A stretch of DNA of 64,000 nt from Sminthopsis crassicaudata (lineage: Eukaryota), in contig NC_133620.1 of assembly GCF_048593235.1 (NCBI RefSeq), positions 335,435,765-335,499,764 of the forward strand. Direction: 5' to 3'. Position 1 is the first letter of the stretch; each line of letters begins with the position of its first letter. The notes beneath the pieces were generated by a model. The model did not search any database. It saw only the letters and a list, made by a program, of their open reading frames with translations, and was not told where the DNA came from. Both the position numbers and the translations under genes were made by a program. Below, in pieces: positions 25,701-38,300 of this stretch.

Positions 25701-28124
25701 ATACCCTTTCACAGCTGAGAAAACTGAGGCAAACGGGGTTAAGTGATTTGCCCAGTCACCCAGTTAGTAAGCATCTAATGATAAATTTGAGTCAGGTCTT
25801 CCTGACCTGACTTTTTTTCACTTCACACCCAGAGGGTGGGCAGGGAGGATCTACATAGTGCCTCACCAGTCACTTCACACTCCAGGCTACAAATCTGAAA
25901 CTTGCACAAACATACAAACACACATGTTTGCATGACATGATCCAACGCATGCTTCAGCTTCATACTTTTCACACATTCAAACTGCATAGCGCACTTATAA
26001 GGGCACATAAACCAATTAGGTAAAGTAAGATTTGTTGTCTTTCAGTCATGTCTGACTCTCTGTGACCTTATTTGGGGTTTTCATGGCAAAGATATTGAAG
26101 TCATTTGCGGTTTCCTTTTCCAACTTATTTTATAGATGAGGAAACTGAGGCAAACAGGGTTAAGTGTCTTGCCCATAATTACAAGACCAGTAAGTGCCTG
26201 AGGCTAGATTTGAACTCAGGAAGATGAATCATTCGGATTCATCCACTTTGCCACAAGATACCCTAAAACAAGGTATATAATGGAAATAATATGGAACTTG
26301 GTTTTTTTAAGTCAATCTGATTTTAAATATCTTTAAGGGAAAAAAAAAGCTTGAGATTGTACTAAACATTTTTGTAATATAAATTACCATCCTCTGATAA
26401 AACTTTTCTTTACCACATATATGACCTCCTAATGGAAATGGTATAAAACAAGACAGCAATTCCCCATAGCCAAATAGAGACTTTGAGGACACCTCACTCT
26501 CAAACCTTACTTAGAAGATCAGGGGAGAAGCTGTGGGATCGGATAGTATCTATGGCTGCCTGGAACTTTCTGTTGAATTAAGAAAAGGGATGGAATCAAG
26601 AGGATGTGACGGTGACGTCCTGCCTGTGCCTAGAGAGGCAAGGGGACAGTCAGCATCGGATCAGCCAACAAGCAGTTAGAACCATGTCACTGGCAGACAA
26701 GATGCTTATAATGTGACAGCCCAGTCCCATCAATAACAGTATGAAATGGAGAAGGGCACTGTCTCCCTCTACACGCTTTATGTGCTCAATGACCATTTCT
26801 GTGATGGTACAAAATTTCTGCATTTCTCCCACATTTTTACCAGGTTGTCTTAAAGCAAAATCCATCCGTGAATCCATGAAATGACCATTCTTTTTCACAC
26901 ACAGGGCACTTTTGCCTTGCTCGAATTTTGTCTCAGCCTTCCTTTCCTCTCTTACTAGCTTCCTGTGACTTTCTCTGCTCCCTTCCCTAGGCAATGAGAC
27001 CAACACTTGCCTTTGCCTCAATACGACAATATGTGAAGTCTTTCAAAAGGGTTACTTGATGCTCTACCCCTTCAGCACCGAGTACAGCCTCATCTGCTGC
27101 TCTGTTCTCTACGTCATGTGGAAGAATGTTGGCCGAAAGCTGTCCCATCACATAACCGGGCCCGGCCGGCCCAACTTTCACCTCCACGGGGCCATCTTTG
27201 GTCCCTTATTGGGCTTCCTGGCTCTGGTGGCAGGGATCTGCGTCTTTGTCCTCTTCCAGATCCAGGCCAGCGGGCCCTCCATTGGTTACCAGTACTTCAC
27301 CCTTTACTACAGCTTTTATGTGATTATCCTGCCTGTCATGGCTCTGGCGTGCTTGATGGGCACAATCATCCATGGACTGGAAGAGCGAGAAATGGACACA
27401 GTCAAGAACCCCACTAGAAGCCTGGATGTGGTGCTTCTTATGGGGGCTGCTCTGGGCCAGATCGGGATCTCCTATTTTTCCATCGTGGCGATTGTGGCCA
27501 CCGACACCCAAAAGCTGCTCAACAGACTCATCCTGGCGTATTCAATCCTCATCATCATTCAGCACATCACCCAAAACCTCTTCATCATCGAGGGTCTTCA
27601 CCGGCAGCCCCTCTGGGAGGGACCCATGCAGCCCCAGGGCGACAGCATCGAGGAGGGCCCGCCCGGCCTTCGCCGGGGATCCATGCTGGAGCTGGGCCAG
27701 GGCCTGCGTAGGGTATCCCTTGCCTACATCCACAATTACAGCCACCTCAACTGGAAACGCCAAGTTCTTAAGGAAATATCCATCTTCCTCATCATCTGCA
27801 ACATCACAGTAAGTAGCTGGGGGGCTCTGGAATGGGGCTGATGGAGCCGGCTGGCTTAAGTAGGAGTGCTGGGCAAGGAAGAGGGGCTGGGAGGGGGTGG
27901 AGGGGCTCTGAGCTGTGAGCCCTGTCAGTCACCTGTCTCTCCCCTCCTCCCAGATGTGGATAATGCCAGCATTTGGCACACACCCGGAGTTTGAGAACGG
28001 ACTGGAGAAAGATTTCTATGGCTACAGGACTTGGTTCACTATTGTCAACTTCGGTCTACCTCTGGGGGTCTTCTACCGCATGCACTCTGTTGGCGGGCTG
28101 GTAGAAGTCTACCTGGGGGCCTGA
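18744..28124 (+). CDS. OTOP3: Otopetrin-3 proton channel, join(18744..18762,21888..22256,22424..22559,23925..23983,24450..24568,26991..27808,27954..28124); 1-bp frameshift at the start of exon 3 as written (563 aa if corrected)
   Basis: Diagnostic OTOP3 peptides are present: KSWLVRHFSLLLRRDRQAQKA, CGLMLTMATNLLLWVLAVTNDSMHREIEAEL, YPFSTEY, HPEFENGLEKDFYG and GGLVEVYLGA*. Splice sites are canonical. Exon 3 is 136 bp where phase requires 137. Confidence 0.92.
21042..21061 (+). repeat. Poly-G run (20 nt)
   Basis: Directly visible in OTOP3 intron 1. Confidence 0.9.
21888..22256 (+). CDS. OTOP3: OTOP3 coding exon 2 (369 bp)
   Basis: (D)AQESPETTAKENEKELRGSGPRRDKSWLVRHFSLL...DPHAGPVWVR(G); CTCCAG acceptor, GTAAGT donor. 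Confidence 0.94.
22424..22559 (+). CDS. OTOP3: OTOP3 coding exon 3 (136 bp, one base short)
   Basis: LLLFGSCTILLNVFRIGYVVSHIHCKSEVELVFPIIEILFISLQ. After the acceptor CAG the sequence reads GCTCCTGCTG where GCTCCCTGCTG (G-S-L-L) would restore frame. Confidence 0.9.
22716..22790. repeat. Compound (AC)n(TC)n microsatellite
   Basis: Directly visible in OTOP3 intron 3. Confidence 0.95.
22977..23120 (+). mobile_element. Young tRNA-derived marsupial SINE (WSINE1-like) with poly-A tail and TSD
   Basis: GGGGCAGCTAGG...GATAGAGCACCAGCCCTG...GAGTTCAAATC...GGGCAAGTCACTTAACCCC, then poly-A. AAAAGTATGAAATT flanks it at 22963-22976 and 23117-23130, where it overlaps the tail. Confidence 0.85.
23925..23983 (+). 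CDS. OTOP3: OTOP3 coding exon 4 (59 bp)
   Basis: TYVLWSHSKDCAQVQMNLT(R); TTTCAG acceptor, GTGAGA donor. Confidence 0.94.
24145..24277. other. Assembly gap (133 N); other gaps at 44753-44892, 46057-46302 and 48620-48786
   Basis: N-runs. Confidence 0.99.
24450..24568 (+). CDS. OTOP3: OTOP3 coding exon 5 (119 bp)
   Basis: CGLMLTMATNLLLWVLAVTNDSMHREIEAELDALMEKLT(G); CCCAG acceptor, GTATAA donor. Confidence 0.95.
25521..25665 (-). mobile_element. WSINE1-like SINE inserted into an older MIR-like SINE
   Basis: Poly-T plus reverse SINE body; MIR-like sequence on both sides (about 25435-25520 and 25670-25810). Confidence 0.7.
26991..27808 (+). CDS. OTOP3: OTOP3 coding exon 6 (818 bp)
   Basis: NETNTCLCLNTTICEVFQKGYLMLYPFSTEY...KRQVLKEISIFLIICNIT; CCCTAG acceptor, GTAAGT donor. 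Confidence 0.96.
27954..28124 (+). CDS. OTOP3: OTOP3 terminal coding exon (171 bp)
   Basis: MWIMPAFGTHPEFENGLEKDFYGYRTWFTIVNFGLPLGVFYRMHSVGGLVEVYLGA*; CCCAG acceptor. Confidence 0.96.
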   Translation: MWIMPAFGTHPEFENGLEKDFYGYRTWFTIVNFGLPLGVFYRMHSVGGLVEVYLGA

Positions 28125-31100
28125 CTCGAGGCAGCCTCCATCAAGACGGCCCAGTCACACCTGGAATTGTTCCTGCTTCTTTTCTCCACCTTGGTCCCGA
28201 GCCACACCGTTCCAGGACTAGGAGAAGACACCTGCCCCAGGCCTCTGCTCCATCTATAGCCGAGATCCAAGTATCCCCCATCTGAGCAAAGCCAGAGACT
28301 AACTAGAGTGAGTCCCTCAAAGCCTCACTGGTTCTCAGAACCATCCTCCTGGAGGCTTGGGGACACTTTGCCGTGTTTATACGTTTAGTGTAAATCACTG
28401 AGAACCCTAAATGGCACCGCCGGCAGTCCAGTTCTGGAACATTGGCTCTTTCTGGAGCCAGAGCCTGGGGTCTATATGGGAGTGGGAAGGACGTTTGTAC
28501 CCACTTCCAGCAAATGTCTCGGCAGGCCAGGACTGCCTGCCTCCAGGTTCACTGTACTGCTCAGCCACTGCTCAGAGCCCTCTTCCCAAGCTAAGTCAGA
28601 GCAAACCATGATATTGGGGCCACTCCACCCACTTACTAATCCCTCCCTCTCTTCCACCAAGTCCCCCCCCCACACACACACACACCCTGACAGCTAACGA
28701 GCTCATTAATTAGCTGCCAAGCTATGTTGAACTCCTCTCTCTGGCTGCCATAAAATATGTTTGTTTGATTGATTATCTTCTCCTTTTATTATATTTGTTC
28801 CCAGGGGCCAGTCACTCAGCCTGGGGAGTGGAAGAAAGGACTTCCTTTCTTCTGCACTGGTGCTGGGCAGTGGGGAAGGGAGACACCCAGAGAATATTTT
28901 TCGCCCTGGTGTTATCCAGTGTACAGAAAGGATCGGTCCCCACCTAGTTCTGAGGGAAACAGCTAGGACCAGAAAGACGTCATCTCTGGGGGAGGGGGCT
29001 GGCCTTATCTCACAGAAGCCCCTTCTCACCAAGCGCTCCCAACCAAGGTAAGGGGGGGCAGCTCTTCTCTCTGGAGAGGCTCAGAACAATTATGGACCGG
29101 AAGGTTGTTAATGCAGGCCTACATGAGCTAACGTGGCGAGTTAAAAAGCACTGGTAAAAGGTGATAGAATTGGGTTCCATTTCTGGCATTGCCACTTAAT
29201 ATCTGTAGGACTCTTCCTCTCGGGATCGCCATTTCCTCACCTGTCAAATGGGGAAGAAAGTCTTGACTACGGCATACCACCCTGAATGTTCCCATTCGCA
29301 TCTGCTCAAATAAAGGCAAGGCAGTACCAAGCCGATTGTATAGAAGACCACCTTAGAATTCTGGGTACTGGAGACATTTTCTTTAATTACCAGTGTGGTT
29401 CTAGGGTCCAAATCCTGCTTTTTCTGCTTACTACTTGTGTGAACTTGAACAGGTCACAACCTCCATGGACTTTGGTTTCCTCATTGACAAAATGAAGACC
29501 TTGGATAAATGGTCTCAAGCTCTAATATTCTGAGTCTTTGGGGAGGTAAAAGGATATTGGGGGTTGACTAGGAATCTGGGTGCGGTAGCTTTTTCTTTGG
29601 TAGCATTTGGCACTGAAATCAAAAGTTGTAATAATTCAGTTATTTTTCTGTTGTGTTCGACTTTTTGTCAACCCCATTTGGGATTTTCTTGGCCATTTCC
29701 TTCTCTTGATCATTTTACAGATAAGAAACTGAGGCAAACTGGGTTAAGTGTCTTGCCCAGGCTCCCATAGCTAGTAAGTGGTTAAGGCTAGATTTGAAGT
29801 CAAGACAAATCTTCCTGATCTCAACCTCAGAGGACTTGGGTTCAAATCCCAAGTCTGCCACTTAGCAGCTGTGGGTGTGACTTTGGCCAGGTCATTGGAT
29901 TCATCACCTCTATGCACTGATGTAGGTACCTGATGCCTGGCACATAGTAGGAGCTTAATAAATGCTTATTGTCTGACTGCCTAACACTAGAACTGACCGG
30001 GCGTAAGGGCAGGCCTGTTTCCACATGCCCTTAGTAAGGAGAATTCAGGCATGGTTATACTGAAAGATTTCACCTTCTCTTTTCTGCCCATATAGCCAGA
30101 GACACAGAGTCAGAACTTACTCTCTGAATGTATTGAAAGATTTTAAAGATAAGGGTTCAAAAGTAGCCTGGAGAGAAGAACTAGGGGAGTAGTTCTTAAT
30201 CCCATCGATGTCTGCTGAAGCCTATGGATTCTTTCTCAGAGGCGTTCACTCTTTTTCAATTATGTCTAACTTTTAGTGACCTACTTGGGGCATTCTTAGC
30301 AAAGATCCTGAAATGGTTTGCCATTTACTTCTTCAGCTCATTTTACAGATGAGGAAACGGAGGCAAACATGGTTCAGTGGCTTGTCCAGTCTGATTTGGG
30401 CTCACAAAGATGAGTCTTCCTGATTACAGACCCAATCTTCTATCCGCTGAGCCGCAGCTCTATCCACTGTTCTATGGAAATGGTTATCAAAATGTTTATA
30501 AAAAAATAAAACAAAAAAGTTTATATGTTCCAAAATAAGAACCCCCTAGGTAAGTAAAACTTTAAACAGAATAAAACTGGCACCTAGTTACAATGTAAGA
30601 GTCTATAAAATGCTTTCCATAGGTTATCTTATTTGATCCTCACAAGAACTGGAAGAATTTTCCCTGGTGTCCCAGTTTGCCTCGATGAAATGGCCAATTA
30701 AAGTCAGATAAGCACATCCCCCTTAAGTGAGGTGACAGCATTTAGAACTCCAGGAGATCTAAGAAGCACACAGACATTCCTTTTAAGCATTATAAAAACG
30801 GCCCAAATAAGTTAAGATATTTGACTAAGGTTACCTGGGTAATAAGTAGCTGACCTCAGATTGGAAGCTTCCCCTTCCTAGACGTGGGCTGTGAAGAGCC
30901 TTCTCTTAGCACTCAGCAGAAGGTTCATAGTCTCAAAAGATGGCTCTTCATTCACTCTAGTGTCAAGTTGGGGAACAGAGAGACTTGTACCACAGCCCAC
31001 CCAGCAGCCTACAAGACACATACCTGTACACATCCTCAGTGCCCCCCTGAGGTTACTGGTAATAAAGACTGGGACAGTGTTATAACCTGGAACCAGCCCT

Positions 31101-31184
31101 TATTCAAGAGAGACAGCCCCTCCCCAACCAAGCTCCCCTCCATCCTCACTCCAGACAGACACACACGGCCAGGAAAAGGGAGGT

Positions 31185-31190
31185 TTTAAT
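31185..31190 (-). promoter_or_regulatory. Candidate HID1 polyadenylation signal (ATTAAA)
   Basis: ATTAAA on the minus strand about 1.07 kb past the HID1 stop, after repeat-free sequence. No transcript evidence. Confidence 0.4.
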
Positions 31191-32251
31191 TTTGTGAAAA
31201 GTAGCAGATTGTACAGTGCGTTTCTAGTGCATGAAAGTTAAGATTGTACTGAAAGTGGGCGCTAGCCAGGGATGGGACACATTTGAAGGAATAATGTAGA
31301 AGGACAGAGCTGAGGACTGACGGTTTTAGGGGAGCCACCTGGGAGAGCTATCGGGAAGCAAGGGGAGGGTATTTTGGACTGCCTTCCCCCTGATTCCTCC
31401 CACTTATCCAAAATGAGGAAAAACAGGCTCTCTGCCCTTAGAGATAAAGCTGTAATTAGAATAAAGGAAGAGAATTGCTTCCCTGTCATGGAAAATAGTT
31501 TATGAAAAAGGTTCCCATGGGAGAGGACTTTTGTACAAACATGAAAACATAGATGGCACCTAAGCCATGTCCGCTGGACCCAAACTTTGAGTTGGAACTG
31601 TTCTCCCCTCCTTACCTCAAAAACAAAACCCTAAAAAGCTCTCTCAGCCCATTTCTTCCTACAAGCTGCTCAGCCTCAGTGGTACGTGGGATATGGAATG
31701 AATAGGAGGGAAAGAGTATCCCCGCATTCAAATCAGATAGTGAGGACCCTAAACTAAAATTATCCCTCTGAGAGACCCAGGATCCTCTGAGTATCTGAAG
31801 GACGTGGTCAAAGAAGAGGGTGCTATAGAACCAAGTCTTCCAGGGAGCCAGGGCTATAATACAGGCTTGAAATGGAAGAGATGTAAAGATTAGAAATTTG
31901 GCCCAGGACACCAAGAGGTCTCTATCTTCTTACCGAGGAAGCTTCCCTTCCTTGGCTCTACCTTCCAATCTGTGATGTTTTCTGTACCACCAGAGGCAGG
32001 AGGACTTCATAAGCCAGCTGTGGGGCAGGGCACAGCTAGTTCCCCACATTTCCCTAATTCCTGGACAGAACTCTTGGGGAAGTTAGCCCTTCCCACCTCT
32101 CCAACCCCCCTCCTCAGGTCAAAGTGATAATAAAGCTTGAAATGGCAGTCTGAAGGTGGAGGAATCAGAACCAGATGTGGGGGAAGGGCCGAAGGATCAT
32201 CCTGGCACTCAACCCTTCCCACCCCTTCCTTCCTCTTCTCTTCTCTTCTGC

Positions 32252-32315
32252 TCACACCCGCTGGATCTCAAACAGCTTCACATCGGTGTCGTACCAGACT
32301 GGTGGGTCCACGTTC
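32252..32315 (-). CDS. HID1: HID1 exon 19, coding part (64 bp)
   Basis: NVDPPVWYDTDVKLFEIQRV-TGA; CATAG acceptor. Confidence 0.95.
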
Positions 32316-35300
32316 CTATGGGGAGGAGGGATGGGGGCCAAACCCCCAGAGATGCTAGGTGAATTCAAGTGAGGAGTAAGAGGAGAATTAGGGCATGCTG
32401 TTACCCAAATCCTCTCCATCCTCACTTTCTCCTGTGAGCAAAGAGCTCACATCCAACTGACTCCCTACATGAAGCACCCTATAAATCCATCTTCACTAGG
32501 AACACTGGGACTCTGGTGAGAGAAATCCTGGTTACTGAAATCTGAGGCTGCAGGGATAAATGCCCTCTTAGTCTTTCTGGAGGAGAGGTTCTTAATCTTT
32601 GTCGTGTCACAGGCCCTTTTGGCAGTCTGCTGAGATCTATGGACCCCTTTCCAAATAATGTTTTTTTTAAAATCCATAATTGAAGGAAGAGCTCGATTTT
32701 AATTAGAGGCTAATGTAAGTAAAGATGTAATTTTTTTCTCATTTAATTTCACCAAACCCTTGAAATCATTTACTTGGTAGAGAGACCCCAGATTAAGCAT
32801 CCCTACAGACTGAACCAATCCTGTCTGACATGTCAGCAGCTACGGTTGGGGGGAATCCCTGCTCCTTTGGAGACTAAGCAGCATGCCGGGTACCTTCATA
32901 TCACTATGGGGCGAGCGACCAAAGACTTTCTGTCCCCGTTCTCATGCCGCTTTACCTTAGATAGATGACGCCCCACATGTAAGTGCGGAACCACATGGCA
33001 GTGCCCGAGTTGGCCTGGTATTTGCGGATGAGGATGGGGTGCGGCACAGGCAGCAGCCCCACCAGGGTGCCGTGCTGGAGAAACTTGAGGATCTCTGATT
33101 CGTCCGTCAGCCCTCTGCAGAGGAATGGAAAAGAAGGGAGGGCTCAGAAGTTGCTCTATGTCTATCTCTTATGGACAGATCGAGGGAACCCGAGGCAAAG
33201 GGAGGGAATGAGGAGTAGCAAGAAGATCCTAGACCTGGAATGAGTAGACACATGTTTGAGTTCTAGAATGATTCTAACTGTGGGACCCTAATCTCACTTA
33301 GGTTTCAGCCACAATTTCCTTATGTGAAATAGGGGAATAATAACTTGCCATATGAGCTTCATAGAGTTACTGTGGAAAGAGTGTCTTTTAAACCTTAGAG
33401 AAGCACAGAAACATGAGCTGCTATTATTCTCAAAAGGGGATACGGGATGCCCGGTGAATAGCTCATGGCCTTCCTCCCACCATTTTCTAGGCTCAGCTCC
33501 CGTCCCACGGCCCACCCAGGTCACAAGCCTCCCTCTCAGACTCACTTATCAATGCAGATCTTCTCCACCTGAGGCACCAGCACCTGCAGCAGCCGCATAA
33601 TGGTCTGTAGTGGTAGCTTGGACTTCCAAGAGAGGACCTACAAGAGGGCAGAGCCCAGCCGGGGTTAAAGAAGAAGAGATCAGACCCTAGGTGGGGCAGG
33701 ACGTGAAAAGCCAATGGTGCTGCGCTCAAGCCCCCATGTCCAGGCACAGCTGGCATCTAAGCCAAGAACAGGGACATCAGCCCGGTATGCATGGAACTCC
33801 AGGTTGGGACATCAAACCCACGGATGTTTATTTGGTGACTATTTATTGAAAAACACTGAGAACCAAGAAATATTAACCAGAATGTATTTTACATAGTACT
33901 TGAAGATTTTCAAAGTGCAATACATATTACATATAATATATATTTGAAGTGCTATATACGTATGTGTATATGTATACTCATGTACATATTCACAAATATT
34001 ACATATATTTATGGTTATTGTTCAGTTGTTTAATTGCATCCAATTCTTCTGACTCTATGGACCATAGCATGCAATAAATATTATCCATGGGTATTCTTAG
34101 TAAAAATATTAGAGTAGTATGCTATTTCCTATCCCAGTGGATTTAGGCAAACCTGACTTGCCCAGAATCACACACTAGTAAGTACCTGAGGCTAGATTAC
34201 TCAGGGCAACACTCTATCCACCTAACTGTCTAGCTGCCATATGTGTGTGTGTAAATACGTGTTGTTCATGTGTGTGTATATATGTGTGTTTGTGCATATA
34301 CACAAATGTGCATAACATGCTTGTGCATACATGTGTGCATGCCTGCTGTACACATGTGTCTGTGGTGTATGTGTGCTGTGCATATTTGTGTGCACATTGT
34401 GCATGCACCTTTATGAGCATGCATATATGTATGGTGAGTGTGTTGTGTGTACATGTGTGTTGTACGTGTGTATGTGTTACTGTGTGCAAATGTGTGAAGT
34501 GTGCCATGTGCCTTGCATGATTCTACTGTGCATGTGTATATATATATATGTAATATATATGTATGTGCATGCATATATGTATGCACAGATGTATGACTTA
34601 TTTGCATACACACTCATATGTATATGGTTTTCCTATGCATGCTCATGAGCAGGAGGCTGCAAGGCCCACTTGAGACCAATGTCCCTTGGGTATAGATCCC
34701 CACAAAACAGAGCCGACTCAGGACCTCCAGCTCCTCCCCCTTCCAGCCAAGGCAAGCATTCCCTCACCCAGTCTGGTGTGGGGCTCCACTGCCCGTCAGC
34801 TGAAGCAGTGGGCGACTGCTGCTGTTCCTGACAGGCTTGGCCAAGCTCCTGGAGAACAGAAAGGGGAATGGGATAGAGACGTGGAGGGGAAAGGGGAAAT
34901 GAAGAGAGTAGCTTTCCCAACCATTGCCTCAGAGTCCAAGCCGTTCATCTTGCTGGTTTCGGGCGATGGGAACAAGCCCAGGGGAAGTTCTAGCCTGGCA
35001 CCCTTTGCCCCAAGGGTTCATGCCATAGATACCTCCAAGCCCCACCCCCTCCGGCCTAGCCTGTGACAGGTTTAGGGCTGGTAAGCCAGGGTAAAGGCCA
35101 ATCCTGATAAAGGCCAAGGGTGTGTGAACCCATCACCCTGACATGAAGGAAGGGAACCTCGCAGATGCTGTGGGAACCAAATCTGCTTCTCCACCAGGTC
35201 CGGAGACACGTGACTGCAGAGAGAAGTCCACCCTCACTAGGCCTTATACCTCCCAAGTGTTCCTCTCTAGCCAAGGCCCTACACGCTCTTAGGGACGCCC

Positions 35301-38300
35301 TACAACTTTCTCTTGGAACCCGGCTTTTACCCCGTTCCACTGCTCTTCCTCGCTCTTCCTGGCTGGGGAGCTGCTCTCAGCTGGGCTCCGACTGGACTCG
35401 GGCTCCAAAGATTTCATTGTTCCATCCTCAGACACCTGGGACTTCTCCGTCAGCTTGTCGATGCCTTGGGGGTGGAGTGGAATGGTATTGGTGAATGTTT
35501 GGGCAACAGGTGCACAGCTCGCGTTTCTCCCATCCCCACTCCCGGCCGAACTGTGAATACCCCTGATCCAAAGCTTCCCTAAGCTGCATTTAGCCTATTC
35601 TAAAGTTTCTCCTTTTCTACTCCATCATTAATATTAAATTAATGATTAATTAATATTACCCATGGGTTAATGTAATTAAAAGAATATAGTGCTAGGAGGA
35701 CTTAGCCTGTGGGAAAATTTACACAAGTCACATATGATGACTTTTTAGCAGGATCCTATAGAATCCACCTCTCCAGTCTTATCATTATAATCATCAAAAT
35801 AATTGTTGATATCAAGATGCAATAGAATAGACAAAAATAAAGAAACAAGCCCAGAAGCCAAGGGAAATGTGCAAATATGAAAAACCAAGGGGGTATGTAA
35901 TGAGGGGAGAGAGAGCTTCACAACATCAGGGTTCAAATTTTTACTAGCTAGCTCAGGAATTCTTAACCTTTTTGTGTCATAGACCCCTTTGAAAATCTAG
36001 TGAACCTTTAACCCTTCTCAAAATATTTTTTAAAATTCATAACTGAAGAAAGTATTAGATTTCAGTTAGAAGCTAGTAAAAATAAAGATGTAAATTTTTT
36101 CCTCATCCTAATTCATAAACCTACCCATGGAATTTTTCCCATGAACTGCAATTTAAGAAGCCTTGTTCTAGGGTTTGGGTCAATCTATCTGACATGGCAG
36201 GGACTGCAGTAGAGCGATCCCTGTTCATTTGGGTCCCAGCTTTCAGAACCGCTGTGCTAGCCAAGTCCCTTAATTACTCTGGACTACTAGCCAGACTACA
36301 TTTAGCTTTAGCAGTCTATAATCCTACCATGACCACTCCCTGGTATCTATTTCCTTGACATAAATTAGAGAAATGACTGCCCAGGTGATGTTGGCACTTG
36401 GCTGGCCAAACCTAGCAAGAACCAATCCTGCCACCACTATGCCAGGGTCAGACCTGGTGTAGCCACAAGGCTGGTCTTGAGGGTACCCGGCTCAGCAGGC
36501 GCCGCAGGGCAAGAGCCCTCCATGGAGACACCCTCCTGGGAGTTGGTTCGAGACAAGGTCTCCGGGGTCTTCCTCCGACGCTGCAGGGCTTTGTGGATGG
36601 AGGGCATGTCTGTGGGCAGGTTGGCCAGCTGGTGGAAGACACTTCGCTTTCGAATGATGGCATAGACAAGGTTTGAGTTGCCTAAGAAATGGTGAGAAAG
36701 TGGGTCAAAGCAGTAGTTAGTCCTGGCCTCAGAAAGGTTGTTTCTGGGAAGAGAAAATATACTCCTCCTCAATCCACATAGATTTGCTAGACACGGTGAA
36801 TTTGAAGGAAGTAAGAAGAAAATCCCAGGTATAAAAGACAGCATAAGAAACCCATGGGAGAGGATAAAAAGGGATCCAGCCACCAAAAAAAGCTGACCCT
36901 AAAACAAGCCAGCTGGCCATACCCAAAGGGGCCTATAAACCAGATGTAACCTTAGAAGTCAGGAGCCCAGGCAACATCTTCAAAAGAGGCTCTGGTCACA
37001 TTTATTCCTTCATCTGGGAGAAGAGGAAACAGCCCCCTCCCTAACTAGGTCACAACAGTGACCCCAGGGATCTGAGAAGCCATAACGATGCAGAAAAGGT
37101 TCATGGATAGATAGGCCAGGAGAGTTCTCACCATCAAACTGGTATTGAATGATGTTGTTAAAGACCTCAAGGAGAAAGAAGACCAGGTGATGGTTCTGGA
37201 CAGCAGAAAACAGGAACCAGGTGGTAGAGAAAGCCTCTAGAAGGTGGAGTAGCTTATTGGCTGCAACCATGGACAGGCTCTTGAGATATGGAGACACTGG
37301 AAGGGGAAAAGGCTCAATCACTCTGGGAGGGCCCAAAGGACCCAAACCACACAGCCTAGGCAAGGTGTGAAAAGCATCATCCAGCCCCAGGTTCCCTATC
37401 TCTCTGAAACATAAACCTCTGTGTGTAAAGTCCTAAGCAAGTGCTCTCCTGCCTGCCCCTAGTCCCTACTCTGCCCAATACTGGGTCTATAATAAAAATA
37501 ATTTGCTGTTGTGGTTTGGTCTTTTTGACCCCATTGTAAGTTTTTCTTAGCACAAATACTGAAATGGTTGCCATTTCCTTCTCCATTTTCATGAGAAACT
37601 GAAGTAAACAGAGTTAAGAGACAAGGTCACACACCTAGTAAGTATCTGAAGCTGGACTTAGGCTTCCTTCCCACCTTCCCCCAAATCCCAAGTGAAGCCG
37701 GGCTCTCTGTCAGAATATCCAGGCCCCCCACTAATGATCTGCCTCCCACAGGGGCCCCAGGGAAGGAGGCAGCGAGAGGGCAATCCGGCTGCTCCAGACA
37801 CCACGCCAGCACAAACTTGGTCTTAAGGGGCACTATCAGCCTAATGAGCCCTGGAGATTGGAAGCCACCCCGGCCACTTTCAGGCCTGATGACCTGGTGC
37901 TCCCTGGTGGTGAAATTTGGGATAACCGGACCTCTCACCATCTTTACCGTTCACTATGATGGTGAGCAAGCAATCAAAGAGGGGCTGCAGGCGTTGATGG
38001 CCGCTGGTGATGATCTTGTGGAACACCTAAAGAGCAGAGTCAGTAACAGGAAAGAGAGGGGGTCAGGACCAGTCTGAACCGTCCACCACCCCTTGGGCCA
38101 GACGGCAGGCAGTCCCCTCTTCCACTGCCCCTTCCCAACTCTTCCCCTGGACGAGCCCTATCTGTTCTCACCACAATGAGCAGGTCAGCGTGGGTGCCAG
38201 TGAAGACAGGGATGTCCATGGGAACTCGAACCGAATAGGGCTTGTTCAGCCGAACCCCAAAGTTGCGTTCTCCACTCAAGAGCAGCAAAATAAAAACCCC

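Noticed and set aside
33111-33117. CAGAG tandem acceptor at HID1 exon 18
   Set aside because: The distal AG would frameshift. The proximal CAG gives the conserved peptide, and nothing suggests alternative use.
34214-34648. Cys/Val/His/Thr-rich ORFs
   Set aside because: They are translations of a TG/CA simple-repeat tract.
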